A DNA stretch of 64,000 nt from NCBI GenBank assembly GCA_965153285.1, contig OZ229114.1. One strand, written 5' to 3'. This document shows, one piece after another, positions 13,563-26,850 of this stretch. The notes beneath the pieces are model-generated. The model ran no database searches. It was given only the letters and a program-made list of their open reading frames with translations, and had not been told where the DNA came from. This DNA is from Podarcis tiliguerta. Its lineage: Eukaryota. The position numbers and the translations under genes are program-made. The first letter of the stretch is position 1. Each line of letters opens with the position of its first letter.

Positions 13563-13812
13563 CAGGGGTCAGCAAAATTTTTCAGCAGGGGGCCGGTCCA
13601 CTGTCCCTCAGACCTTGTGGGGGGCCGGACTATATTTTGAAAAAAACAATGAACGAATTCCTATGCCCCACAAATAAGCCAGAGATGCATTTTAAATAAA
13701 AGGACACATTCTACTCATGTAAAAACACGCTTATTCCCAAACCGTCCACGGGCCAGATTTAGAAGGTGATTGGGCCAGATCCAGCCCCCGTGCCTTAGTT
13801 TGCCTACCCATG
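13563..13812 (+). mobile_element. Non-autonomous hAT transposon
   Basis: TIRs caggggtcagcaaa / tttgcctacccatg; 8-bp TSD cctccgcc/cctccacc. Confidence 0.85.
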
Positions 13813-14714
13813 CCTCCACCGCCACCCCCAAGTTCCTCATATGTAATTAATGCATCATGGGAAACGGTGGCTGGGTTGCAATGAAAAAGCAGGGAGGAGG
13901 GGAAGGGTTAAGCACTCCTCCTTGCCTGCCTCTTCATTGCTGAGCGCTGTGTCCTCCACCCACTTTGCTGCTCTTTTGTAGAGGCACTGATTCTCACATC
14001 CCAGTCTGTCAAGTGATATGTAACTTGACATATATTAGAGCTGGGATTAAAACAAACAAGCCTAAGAACAAAAGTGAACAAGAGTATTTAGGAAAGACTG
14101 CAATGCTTTTACAATAATAAAAAAGGTTTAATTTTTAATATTTCACGAGAAAGTGAATCAAGCAAGAATAAAGACTCCCAGGTGCGCCTTCACCCATCCC
14201 GTGACTACAGCAAGTGGCATGTGGAATCGAGCGGCTGTACAACACTCAGCCTCCACAGGCATAAACATTATAAACGGAAGATTTGCCACTGGGAGACAAT
14301 TACAATAAATGGATCATAAAAAGAAAATAAGATTTAAGAGCTTGACATATCTCTTATATACCAGTCATATTCTAAAGGGGTAGCGGTATTAGTCTGTTGT
14401 GATGTACGAAAAAAATAAAGTATTAACAGCCCTAACAGAGCCTGAAGACAAATGATACTGTTTTTAGTATGCTGAGACTGTTTTTTTAAGAGATTACTGT
14501 AGCAAGCACTCATCCTACTTTTGCCTCTGCAAATAAAGTTTTTCAAAACTTTCAACTAGTGCTTATTTTATAGATGTTTAATACTTGCATATTACTTTTC
14601 ACTTTTAACATCTCACGACAATTGGCAGTACACATTAAAATCAATAAGTAACGACGGCTAAAACACCTGGATAATCATAAAACATAGCTGCTGGAACTAC
14701 AGAAACCAGAACCA

Positions 14715-14935
14715 TTAAAAAAAATCATCATGAAACAGCAGGGTAAAGCAAAAGGTCTTTAGCTGTCTACGAAATGATCTCATTGTTGGCGCTTGCCTGA
14801 GCTCAACAGGTAGGCTCACTGCAGAAGATGAAATGTCCTCCTCTGAACCATGCAACAAGTGAACTCCTGTAGGCCATGGTCTAGGAGAAGCCCATCTGCA
14901 GATCTCAGAGACCTGATCAAGCTGTATGGGAAAAG
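14715..14935 (-). mobile_element. L2-like LINE 3' fragment
   Basis: Minus frame SLPVELRQAPTMRSFRRQLKTF resembles the ORF2 C-terminus of L2-type LINEs. Confidence 0.6.
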
Positions 14936-15034
14936 ACAATTTTTCTTGACCAGAAGCAATAGTGGTACGAGAGAAATGTGTACTACTATGGAAAGTAAAA
15001 AAAACAAACTCTAGCAAATCTGTAACACTTACAA

Positions 15035-16070
15035 TTGCATGTCCAGACCCCGAGGCCACGTGGACTCATATTAGGTCATGGGTAGGCAAACTAAGGCCTG
15101 GCGGCCTGATCCGCCCCAATTACCTTATAAATCCAGCCTGCGGACAGTCTGGGAATCAGCGTGTTTTTACATGAGTAGAATGTGCCCTTTTATTTAAAAT
15201 GCAGCTCTGGGTTATTTGTGGGGCATAGGAATTTGTTCACTCCCCCCCCCCAAAAAAATATAGTCCGGCCCCCCACAAGGTCTGGGGGAAGGTGGACCAG
15301 CCCCCTGCTGAAAAAGTTTGCTGACCCCTGTATTAGGTTAATGGGCAAACTTTAGGCCACAACTTTATTGGTTACAGAATGTGAGTGGTATTGGCTTAGG
15401 CATTGGAATTGAAGCAACTATATCTGACTCCTGCCCGCCTGCAGGAAGTCTCACAAGGGTTAACCACCAGTAGGGGGAGCCCTGTTGATGCACATCAACT
15501 TGGAGCTCCCCCCAGGGTCACCGTAAGGTTGTGCCAGGGCCCTAGCCTCCACCCGGGCTTCGGACAGGAATCACGACCCCTGGATTCCTTTAACAGAATA
15601 CCTTTTAAAATGGAGAGGCAGGTGATGGCCACACCTCCCCTCCCCCAAACCAGGTTTTACCAATGCCTAACCATCAAACCTTACAAAAGGTGTGACGATT
15701 GCTACGAGGTAGGCGAAAACCAAATGGCCAGTGCCAATTTACCAAGTGGAAAAATTCCTACAAGCCCCCTCAATGACATCTATCCGAGGTCCATAGCAAG
15801 GTCAATATGACAAATGCATGAAAAGAGGGCGGGAGGGCAGGAGATCTGCAGAAGCTGGAAAAAGGAGGAAGATCCCCCAGCCGCACAGCTGCTTAAAAGG
15901 GGTAAGCCATGCCCCTGGCCAACTGGATTGGCTGGCCAGGGTGTATGACGCGGCCAGGGGACTCCCTGATGACACGGTGGCTCAACCTAGCCCCTGCTGT
16001 GCGTTGAGGCCATGTGGCCTGACCGCAATAGCGCCCCACCTGGAAGTGGAGTGGTCTTCTCCTAGGACAG
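15035..16070 (-). mobile_element. Non-coding Ngaro/DIRS-like terminal-repeat remnant (copy 2), interrupted by a hAT MITE
   Basis: Reverse-complement homology to 600-1150 at several exact blocks (15351-15370, 15578-15602, 15792-15806). Confidence 0.6.
15077..15330 (-). mobile_element. Non-autonomous hAT transposon, same family as 13563-13812
   Basis: Perfect 8-bp TSD tattaggt (15069-15076 and 15331-15338); inverted copy of 13563-13812. Confidence 0.9.
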
Positions 16071-18534
16071 TTCAGAATTAAAATCCTGTTCATATAGATC
16101 AGGGCAACAGCATACAATTGCTTGACGCATAGGTGCCTACTCCCTGGGGCCTTGGGTGCCCAAGCACCCACAAAATTCCCTATGAAGGGGCCAGGCAGCC
16201 ACAAATATTAGTGCCAGGGACATGGACGCTGCATGGCACCCACAGCCCCGGGCACCCACGGTTGTGGGGCCAAGCTGGCATTCCCAGTTGATGAGTATGT
16301 CAGGACTGCTTCCTCGCTTGTCGCGCAACAGATGAATGCATAGCTCAGAACTGTTCTCTATGCCAGTTAATGGTCAATCCTTAATTTACTTAAAGGAATG
16401 TAAATTAAATGAACACAAACAGAATATAATTTGGGATGGTTCCAGCCTAGGTGAGGTGGCACATTTCAGTTTTAGGCTGACCAAATAGGAGTGATTTTGT
16501 GGCCAGGTGTTATCTCAGCAAAGATGTTGTCCCCAACTTAGCTATTTATTTACTAAATTTATATCCCACCCTTCTTTCCCAAAGGAGTCCAATACTTATA
16601 TGCCACCCTCTTACAAAGCATCAGAACAGTGTACAGGAACATTTAAAAGAAGCACAAAAATAATAACTCCAAGAAAATTAAAATTGCTTAGGCCTGTCGG
16701 CATAAAATAAAAAGTCTTCAGAGGAGATACCTGATACTCAAAAGCAAAGCCGCCTGTCAAATTTCTTCTGCAACAGTGTTCCACTGCATGAGACTTGCTT
16801 ACTCATTATTTTTGTTTGCTAAGATTATAGGAATGGGAGCACCTATGGGCAAGAACTGGTGGGAGGGAGGGGTGCTTGCGCAAGGCCTCTGTGCACCCAT
16901 CAATCCTCCACACCAAGTGTCCCTCAGACCATTTGCCTCTTCAGTCAGATACAAATAAATAATGATAAATCCCATGGAGAAAACTTGCAGAGAAAAATTG
17001 CTGGGTGGAGAGGAGTTAAATCTCTACCTCCACCTAACACTAGCATTACAAGGGAAATAGAGGCAGTCTTTCTGCCTATCATCCCAGTGCTTTCTTCATA
17101 CCCCTGGAGATCACTGGGATTCAGGAGACCTGAGTGCAAATACCTCCATGTCACAAGCAGAGACAAACCAAAGTAATCTCTCTCTCTCTCTCAGCCTTGC
17201 ACTTAGATGCTTTTTTTTTTTTTTTTAAGGGGAACAATGACTTACCTTGCAGGTTTGCTGTATTATGTAAAGCTGATTAAACATGTTGCAAATTACTGTG
17301 TATCAGATTTTAAAGAAAGCCACTGGGCCAATTGCTGCATTATTTATAAAACTGCAAAAAATAATAAATAAATAAATAATAACCAAAGTCAAGCAAAGCT
17401 CAGTGAAGCAAAGATTTCGGGATAATTTTCTGGCTTTTGGTTAGCTAAGCAATTTCAAAGTCACCTTGAGGTACATTTCCTTTCAAGTTGTAATATTTTC
17501 TTCAACATAATTAACAGAAACAAAAGCAAAATAAACAGATGTTCATGATTAACATTAACCTAGTACATTAATTAAGAACAAAATATTTTTGTCTCGCTAA
17601 CATTATATCACCATGTTAATTTTACACTCTCAATTCTCAAATCCGAAAAAAGGACAACAAAGCACTAAAATGTGCATTTCATCTTGCCATCAGGCTATTT
17701 TTCTGCACTATTATTGTAATGTGTTTTTAATCGACGTTAAAAGGAATAACACTGCCCAGAAGGGTTCAGTATCTGCTAGAAGATGTCAGGATGCAGTCAT
17801 TCCCAGCAATCCATGTTTGCCCATGATGTTATTCTGTGAATGTTTGTGTCTTTTTAGCCAAAGCTGATAGTTCAGAATGAAACCCACACACAATTCCTAC
17901 TGAGAGTAGCTACACCTAAGAACATAATGATTGCTTTTTCCCAAAGTAAAATGGAATAGCAATGGGTAAGTGCTTGCTTAATCAAAGCTACATTATCATG
18001 TTGTCAGTTCTTTATTTCTCCAACACACACGTTTTAGAGTACTTGCAGCTTGCTAAAGGTGAACAAAAAACTATTATGGAGGCTAGCAAATGTGTTGGCT
18101 AAAGAGCCGTCCCCAAATTATTCCCTAAATAGCCTTTACATAGTAGAAATGTGGCATGTTTGCAGATTGCAGTAAAATTTAGTCATCCACAATATGCAGT
18201 ATTCTTTTGATGATCTATCTCTACTGTGTAATGATGATTAAAGTTTTATCACACAAAACAAGGCTGCATTTTGATGTAATCTTCGAGATCTCTGAGCATT
18301 TTGTTTCAAGTCCATTCTTGTGCAAAAAAATCTTATTTGAAACGTTTGGAATAGCTGAAAGTCTGATTTTCAAAGAATTAAGAATCCTAAACAGACTTCC
18401 AAAGGTTAAAACTTACATTTGAATGGATAAATTCAACATAAATTCAGAGGAAAAATATGAGTCTTAAGCTCATGGGACTTAGCTAGATTCCTAAAGAAAA
18501 AGCGATTTCTATGCGTTGTATATGTGATATAACA

Positions 18535-18903
18535 TTGTGCTGTGGTCTAAACCACTGAGCCTCTTAAATTTGCTGATCAGAAGGTCGGCGGTTTGAATCC
18601 CTGCGGCAGGGTGAGCTCCCGTTCCTCTGTCACAGCTTCTGCCAACCTAGCAGTTCGAAAGCATACTGTGCAAGTAGATGAATAGGTATAGCTGCGGTGG
18701 GAAGGTAAACAGCGTTTCTGTACGCTCTGGCTTCTGTCACGGTGTTCCATTGCTCCAGAAGTGATTTAGTCATGCTGGCCACATGACCTGGAAAGCTGTC
18801 TGTGGACAAACGCCGCCTCCCTTGGCCTGAAGTGAGATGAGCGCCGCAACTACATAATTGCCTTTGACTGGACTTAACCGTCCAGAAGTCCTTTACTTTT
18901 ACC
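18535..18903 (+). mobile_element. Sauria SINE
   Basis: Sauria head, core and tail; TSD-like tataaca(t/c)tgtgct at 18528-18541 and 18904-18917. Confidence 0.92.
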
Positions 18904-18915
18904 TATAACACTGTG

Positions 18916-18933
18916 CTACCAGATGGTGCTGTG
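18916..18933 (+). promoter_or_regulatory. CTCF-like motif
   Basis: ctaccagatggtgctg resembles the CCACCAGATGGCGCTG-type CTCF core. Confidence 0.35.
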
Positions 18934-21623
18934 GAGTCCCACTTTTCTCTACCTGTTTTCTCTGTTTAAATTTACAATGTGTTTATCTGAAACTCTTCTT
19001 GGATGTGTCTAGATCCAGCCTATGTATGTATAATTTGAGCAGAGAAAGCATTTACCCCTATGAGGCACACAATGAAACAGCTTGTAAATGTCATTTTGAA
19101 GAATAGAACATGACCAAGTTGATCTGCAGATCCAGACCTCTTGGGGTCGGAGGATAGTCTCACTAAATAGTCACTAAATTGAGTTATTTCCTTATGTGGA
19201 AATGTTAGGATTAGTGTAGAACATGGCCACACTCAGAGAAGCAAAATTCAAATATTCAAACATAGGAGTCCTCCTAATACTATAAAACATGATCAGTTCT
19301 GAAATGAGCCTCTTTTATTTGTTTTCTGCTTTTTCCAACGCTGTGCACAAAGCAGTCACTTTTACAAGATTAATGAGAACTAGATGCTTTCTTTGAGGAA
19401 ATAAAAGCTTATATTTTCATAAGTGTATCAAGAGCACACACATCCCATTCCCCCAAAGGTACATTTCCCACCTCCACTTTTGAGAATGATCAGGAACTGA
19501 TTTTTCCTCACTGGTTTGGCTATTAACTTTACTTCCCCCACCACCTAAAACCGGGAAGTTTTAGCTCTCAATTTGCACATTTTCAGTCAGTTTCATTAAA
19601 TGTTAAATTCTCCCTATTGTTATAACATTCTCTTTCAGGTTTCAAAAATATACTTTTATTTGTTTTCCCTTTTGCCTCATCTCTTTCCTAACGCACACTG
19701 AGGAACTCCCACTCTGCCTAAAACATTCCTGCAGAGGATTAAGTGGAACAAATTCAGATAAGTGATATGATTCCCAAAAGACACATCTCTGAGATCAGCA
19801 TCTCAGATTCTTGGCATTAAGGAAAACAGTCCATAATGGAAGTTATACAAGAGGAAGTGATGTGATCAGAGCATGTCCTATTGAAATGTTTGCTCTTATA
19901 AGTTCTTATGATTATTGCTTTTAAGTATAAAAAAGTAATCTGGTCTACAGTGAAGCAGGAACAGAAAGAATGAATACTCTCTGATCTCTTGCACTGTTCT
20001 CTCAAGACTTCAATGACTGCATGCTCATTTATAACTTCCACTAATTTGCCGTCTGCCCTAGAGACATACTTTGATCTTCGGAAAGATCTGCTATAACTGT
20101 CTGCTTGCAACAGGTAATAAAAATTGCCTCCCTTTATAATAAAGTGGTCCAGACAAAAATCTTTGCATCCGGTTGCTAGTTCATCAAGTCAGTTACTCCA
20201 TGATTATGGCATAAATAGTCAAGAGAACTGGGAAGGCATGGTTGGACACGAAAGATTTTGTAAAAGACTTCTTAAATTGACAGCCTGTGTACAATGTATA
20301 TGGAAACATGTACATGCACACACGCCACTATAAAAGAATGCTTGCTATCTATAGCAACCTGGCCAGATTCCATAGTGGATAATTACATTTGCCCTATTCC
20401 TGTCCTCCTTGTAGTTTCAGTGGGATTTGGCATCCATCTATATTTTTTGCCCTTAATGTTACACAACATATGCAGTCTTCCACCCCAAGCGGCTGTCCAT
20501 CAGCTGCATGTAAAACTTTAAAGCTTCTGTGATCGGAATTTTGCCAATAACTCTTGAAGCACCAGAATCTCACATGATTATAAATAACGGAACTGTCACT
20601 CCCCACCCCCTCCACCCCACAGGTTCTGCAAATACTTCATCTGCACCTGTTTCCTGACTGTACAGGCCTTTCCAGCAGTTCACTAATCTCCTGTGATGAA
20701 AGAAGGTGTTCATGATTATTCTAATTGTTGGGAGAAAAAGGCCCAATCATGGAATATTGAAGCTGCTGTGAAGGAAGTGAAAGGGTTGTTTGAGACCCTC
20801 AACCATCCTGCCAAAGGCCTGGTGGACAATAGGTGCAGTGTGTAGCAACTATGTACCTGAGAGACAGTGAACTTGGGAACGGTGTGGAACTGAAGAAGAG
20901 AGTATTGAGAGAACAGAAGAGGCAAGCAGCCAAGAGGCAAATGGCGTAACGCCTCAGACAGGTTCTTCCTTTAAAAAAAGAGCAAATTTTATGCACCGAT
21001 GTCTCAAAAAGTGAATAAGGCATCACTTTCGGGGGGGGGGGGGCACCTGTTAAATGGTGCAGTGAGTTGGTGTGCCTGGTTGTTAACCAGAAGGTTGGTG
21101 GTTTGAGTCCACACGGTTCCTTATGATGACTCTTGGGATCCCTTCCAACTCTACAATTTTATTATTCTAAATTGCAGTCAACCTCTCAGGAAAGGCAAAT
21201 ACCCAGGAAAGTTGCAGAGTGCAGGCCACCAGACAGATGATTTGTGGAATGAAATAAAGAACACTCACAAACACCCCTTAGCTACCCCACCTACGAGAAT
21301 TTAACTGATTTCCCCCCTCCTCCTCTTTGATAATTTTTGAATCTGGTGGCTTTTCATTAATTGATAATGAATGGCTGGGGGTGGGGAATGGAAGATAAAT
21401 TTTCAGCAAAGCAATAGCTTGGAGCATATGGTGCAAGTTCAGGTCTTGATGTTGGCAGCCATGTAAGGTGAAGTTTAAAGTGCACATGCTATCTGTGAAT
21501 TGTGATCTGACTATTTTCTGGCTTAGCAGAAGAATATTGAGCAGTAATACAGGGTGCGAGGGAGTTGGCCTAAGACATAGCCAAAAGCAAACCTACCTCA
21601 TGGGAGTCACTTGAAACTGAATA

Positions 21624-21822
21624 CAGTGGTACCTCGGGTTACATACGCTTCAGGTTACATACTCCACTAACCCAGAAATAGTACCTCGGGTTAAGAACTT
21701 TGCTTCAGGGTGAGAACAGAAATTGTGCTCCGGCAGCACGGCAGCAGCAGGCGGCCCCATTAGCTAAAGTGGTTAAGAACAGTTTCCGGAACGAATTAAG
21801 TACTTAACCTGAGGTACCACTG
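21624..21822. mobile_element. Tc1/mariner-type MITE
   Basis: TIR cagtggtacctc(g/a)ggtt; TA target duplication. Confidence 0.88.
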
Positions 21823-21890
21823 TAATGTGAAAGCATAGTAAGAAAGTGGCTTCCAATTCATTCTGTATCTTTCCTTCTCTATAATCTATA

Positions 21891-22057
21891 GTTGTTGTTG
21901 TTGTTTAGTCGTTTAGTCGTGTCCGACTCTTCGTGACCCCATGGACCAGAGCACGCCAGGCACTCCTGTCTTCCTCTGCCTCCCGCAGTTTGGTCAAACT
22001 CATGCTGGTAGATCCAAGAACACTATCCAACCATCTCATCCTCTGTCGTCCCCTTCT
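21891..22057 (-). mobile_element. Short BovB 3' fragment
   Basis: Same 3' end as 7156-7340, with a (CAA)n/ctaaacga tail; TSD-like tctatagt on both sides. Confidence 0.9.
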
Positions 22058-22429
22058 ATAGTACCAACCACTAACTGGGAAAAGAAAGGCATACAGATAA
22101 AAGAGAACAAAATTTGTTCATCCTGTTTCAAAATAAAAAACCAGAAGCTACTCCTTGGGTTTATAATGGTATCATATTTACTGTATTAGACAAGTTTCTG
22201 TTTCTGCCTGGCTGCACTAAGTCCCTTTTGGAGCTGCAAACACCTCTGATGTGAAAATTAAATTTGTTCAGGGAAAGGTTTGGAAGGAGAATTCTTTGTG
22301 TTTGGAGAAACAAGTTTCACACCACAGTATGTGAAACATGCTTTCTTTGCATAATTAACACGGCGCTTAGGCAAAAGAATCCCATGCTTCTGGGAAAGTA
22401 TGGCTAAAGATATTTATTAACACATTTTA

Positions 22430-22431
<2 letters not shown>

Positions 22432-22462
<31 letters not shown>
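22432..22462. repeat. (TG)n microsatellite
   Basis: Direct observation. Confidence 0.95.
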
Positions 22463-22466
<4 letters not shown>

Positions 22467-24999
22467 TTCATCAATTGCAACATAGAAGAAAGCTTGATAT
22501 GACTAACAGTATAAATCATGTGCAGGTCCCACCTGGGATGTTTTGCCACTTGAGGCAAAACAGAAAATGGCACCTGTCACCGCTACTGAAGCATGCTCCT
22601 CCACTGCCTCCACCTGAGGCAACTGGAGGAGGCCTGGGGAAGCTATGACACAATGAAGGTGGGGGAAAGAAAAATGGAGGGCAGAGAGGAGCAAGTGGCA
22701 GTGGCAGCGGGTGACAAGCACCAGTGGTGGTAAGTGGCATGCTTCTTGGGGCCCAGATCTGCTGCGCCTCCCACCTGTCCCGTAGCCTGCCACCTGGTGC
22801 TGGCCATGTGTGGTCAAGCTATAGGATGTAGTTTGTAACTAAGTGGTGTCATGATTTAGTACTTTTCCCACTTAATCACTGAGGAGCATATCCTATTCAG
22901 CAGCTGACGAAGAAAATCTCTTGGAAAATAATACTAGCATCCCTTCCAGAAATGCAAAGCCTTAGGGTTCATACACACATGCAGCATCAAAGGGTGGCTT
23001 GCATGTGTGAATGAGCTACGATTTATTCTCATCCAGCTCCGAGGCAATACTTTTCATGGAGGCAGAGCACACGTTTGATCAATAATGAAAGAAGACTTGC
23101 AGGATCAGACCAATGGGCTGTCTAGTGCAGCAACGCATTTCCCACAGGTCCAACCAGATGCTTACGGGACGACCTCAAGGAGGACATGGGATTCGCTAAG
23201 TGTTGAGTAAACAAATGATGTGGGATGAAGTGCTGTGCATCCTTGGGTGAAATTTGGGAAGGTGATACCAAAGTTAAGTTAAAATTGAGCACACAGTGTT
23301 ATACACTAGTAGCAAGTACAGTTTATTTGAATCTTTTATGGATTTGTTAAAAGAAAGCATTTCCACATTTGGGCATACATTTCCAGCTGGGCATCTCAGC
23401 CACCACCTAAGGAACAAAATAGTTTTCAGTAGTAGGTTGAACTAAATTTCAATAAACCCTTTGTTCACTATTGTTTCTTGTCACAATTACCTTTACCGCT
23501 GCATGTACAGCAGAGGATCTCTGGCAGACATGATACGGAGTGCATGTTTTTCAGCAACTAAGAAATGACCCAGAGTAAAACTGCAGAAAACGGGGAACGT
23601 GTGTGATATTTTCAGAGGGTGATATTTTCAGATTGTGATCACCTGTCAGAAAGTGGCAGTTATTAACTAATCAGAACAGAATTTCAGAACAGAATTTCAG
23701 GGGGCTTCTCTTTAAAAAAATTCAGAAAATGCTAAAATAAAGTCATTGAATAGAATATGTCGCTTGCTCTCTTGATCTTAATATTCTCACTGGCTTCCTT
23801 TCCTTCCTCTCCTTCCAGAGAAGATAATTAGACAGAAGCAAATAAGATGTAGATAGCTAGGAAATAGAAGAGCCCTGACATGTGTAGAACATGCTGTCAA
23901 CCATATGGCATTCTATAGATACTGTTACAGATGACAATTGTACCACACGCTGTGCTGTGCATTAATACTGGAATGGTATACAGTAATTCACATTCACAAA
24001 CCGAGAGTTTCCGATGCTGGCTAATAGATATTTTTTAAAGTTATCCCCACAGCATTTTATTTTAAATGACAGTGTTTTCTATTAATGGGTGGGCTTTGTC
24101 AGCTTCTTGACCCCGGCCGAGAAGGATGTCTTTTTGTTCAAATGGCAGCCATCATTTCTGTGAAGTGATGCATGCAAAAAAGCAAGTAAATGCAATTCAC
24201 CTCACATGCAGCTGTCACTCATGCTGACATCTACATGTTGAGAGTATTTTCTCAAAGTTTTTTTCCATATGACCCACAAGCTAAAGATCAGGGAGGTTAC
24301 CTTCATCCAGCCCATCCATGTGTCAATCATCCCCACCTAAAAATGAAAGTTACAAACAAGCTGCTGCTACTATTTATATTCTCCTGCCTGTCCCATCTTT
24401 TTCATGTCAATCTTTCAGTTTCTCATTATAGCTACATCATGCTTCTCCCTCCTCCCCACCCTGCTAGTACAGCACAAATTAGTTCCTTTGTCTTGCCACA
24501 CTGACAGATGTCGTTCACCCCCCCCTTACAAAATTTTGTAAAAATAATAAAGTTTATTGTACTGGTTTCTCTCCAACAACTTACAGTACTAACATTAAAA
24601 AGAGATTATAAATGGTATGGAACGCTAGTTGTTTTTTTTTTAACAAATAAAGTCACACAACATTTAGTGGACCTAGATGCAAGCATGCTCCTTAGAGATC
24701 AAACAGGAAAAGCCTTCCATTTCCACCAATACCGGAATTATCTTACAAGCTCACCAAGTAATAGGTTTGCCTTTTTGGAAGCTGCAACATCATTTGCAAG
24801 GATTTCTGCAAATTGATATTTTCAGGCATGGAGAAGTCAGAGAGGGAAGTAATACCATGTCTCCATTAAAATAAAAAGTAATTAAATGTAGGGAAGTAAA
24901 GTAAATCTTCCTGAATTCATCCCTGTCGTGACATCTTATTCTAAGGTTCGCAGGGATGCCACATAAAGAAACATGGGTGCAGATCCAAAGGTGTAGTTC

Positions 25000-25205
25000 A
25001 TTCATTATTACATTTATATCCCACTTTCCCTCCCTCCAAGGAGTTGAGGATTGTGTGCATAGGTCTCCCCACTTCCCACTTTATCCTCACAACAAGCCTG
25101 CGAGGTAGGTGAGGCGAAGAAACGGGCTGTCCCAAGGTCACCAAGTAAGCTTCATAGCTAACTGGGGATTTGAACTGTTATCCCAGGTCCTAATCAAACA
25201 CTCTA
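25000..25205 (-). mobile_element. MIR/CORE-type SINE
   Basis: ttatcctcacaac...gtcccaaggtcac...ggggatttgaac core. Degraded relatives near 30870 and 32330. Confidence 0.65.
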
Positions 25206-26429
25206 AGTCCCTTGATTTGTGTAAATTTTCCCTTTTGATTCAGTTCCCACACCACATGCCATGCTCTCTGGAGTTCCTCCCCACCCCCAGCCTTCAGGAG
25301 CCGGGGGCATGGGATGAGCCATCAGGAAATACCACCCTATATGTGTGGGAACTACTTACTCTAAAAGGTCATTGCACTTCTTTTGCCTAAAGCCAGACTG
25401 GAATGTAAGACACAGCCTACCTAGATTTGGCTAAAAGTTAGTTTGATGTGAGAGACAGTGTGAGAGAGATAGATTTGAACACAATATGAGACCCATTTAA
25501 TCCATGTTGTACCTAATTAGATGAGCAAATGACATTGCGTGAAAAGGATTCTACTGTAAGAAATGTCATAGGACATTTGCTGTAAGAAATGTCATAGGTC
25601 TTAGGACACGTTTCCGCACAAATTAGCATTGGTTTCAGCTTCAACGTGTTGGCATAAACAGAAGATAGGTGGGAGCTAGTGGATTTTGAAGTTATTTAGT
25701 TACGCTAACCACAATTCTGTCAATTGTGTTTTATATTTTTTGGTGCTGGGCAGATTTCTACAAAAAAAATGGTTGTTTTCAATCATGTATCTGTTGTGGT
25801 AGAGCAGCCATATTTTGGAGGGGTCTAAATGTCCTTGTTGCTTCATGCGGCACATTGTATATGTACAAAAAGCCGTATGTCATAATGACTGAGAAATATG
25901 TACCTTATCAGGTAAACAAAACTGTCATGGGCTCTTACTTTACCACAGCATGAAGTTCTGAATACAGCAACATGGGAATAAAATACCAGAGTGAACTTTT
26001 CAACTAAAATAGCAGGAGAGAGCTAGATAATTAAATAGGAAACCAGACCCCAAATGTCAAATAAGGAGGAAGACATCAAAGAGAAACAGCACTCTCTGAT
26101 AAAGATCAAGAGAGAAAGCTAAAATTTTTATGGCATATGCTGACAAATGGCTGAAGTAAAATATAACAAAGTAACTTGATTTAGTGATATTCCTACAGAT
26201 TGTCTGAACCACAGTGCTGTGGAGATCAAAGGCTAGAGTCAGAAACAAAATACCAAAAGAAATGGCACACTTTCCTCATTTTTTTTTTTTTTTTTTTGCA
26301 ATTCATATTTCACAGTGACTGAAGATATACGAGAGTGAAGAGGTCACTTTGGTAATTGAGGAACGAAGAACTCCTTTCAGTTGGACTTCCATTGCTTTTC
26401 GTTAGGGGACTGGTCAAGTGAAAGGGTTA

Positions 26430-26850
26430 AATAGGTTCCTAATTTGCATCTTATCCAAAGTGAAGGCAAGTATTCTCCTCAGTACCCATGGTTTTTCTTC
26501 ATGTATGGTTCGATTGAGCACTCCCAATCAATACAGCTTCCTCCCTCCACTCTGTATTTTCCCAACAGTGTTTCCATTGTCAAGAATAGAGCTTTTCTTC
26601 CATATGCCTGCTGAACATAGTCTTCATTATGTGCAGATTAATCTGCTAGCTCTGTTGACTAAGCTCCTCTATCAACTGTTAGACCTTGTGGATATTCTCT
26701 GCTGGCGGAACAATGTCCTATGTTTGTTCTATCTCTTTGTGAAATTTGCAAGGATTTCTCTTCGTATATCCACTGAATGTCATTTTTCTTCAAGGCCTTG
26801 CTCTTTGGTACTGGTGTGCAGATCTCATTTAAGTTTTTTGTGAAAGCTTA
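26430..26850 (-). mobile_element. Old RTE-type LINE reverse-transcriptase fragment
   Basis: Minus frame DIVPPAENIHKV*QLIEELSQQS*QINLHIMKTM resembles the RT segment after YADD (DIVLLAE...LQ.L..L......GL.IN..KTK.M). Confidence 0.6.

Noticed and set aside
25550-25600. Direct repeat ctgtaagaaatgtcatagg x2
   Set aside because: Simple local tandem duplication; no CRISPR-like array anywhere in this eukaryotic window.
26418-26843. 141-aa hydrophobic + strand ORF
   Set aside because: Antisense of a decayed LINE RT fragment.
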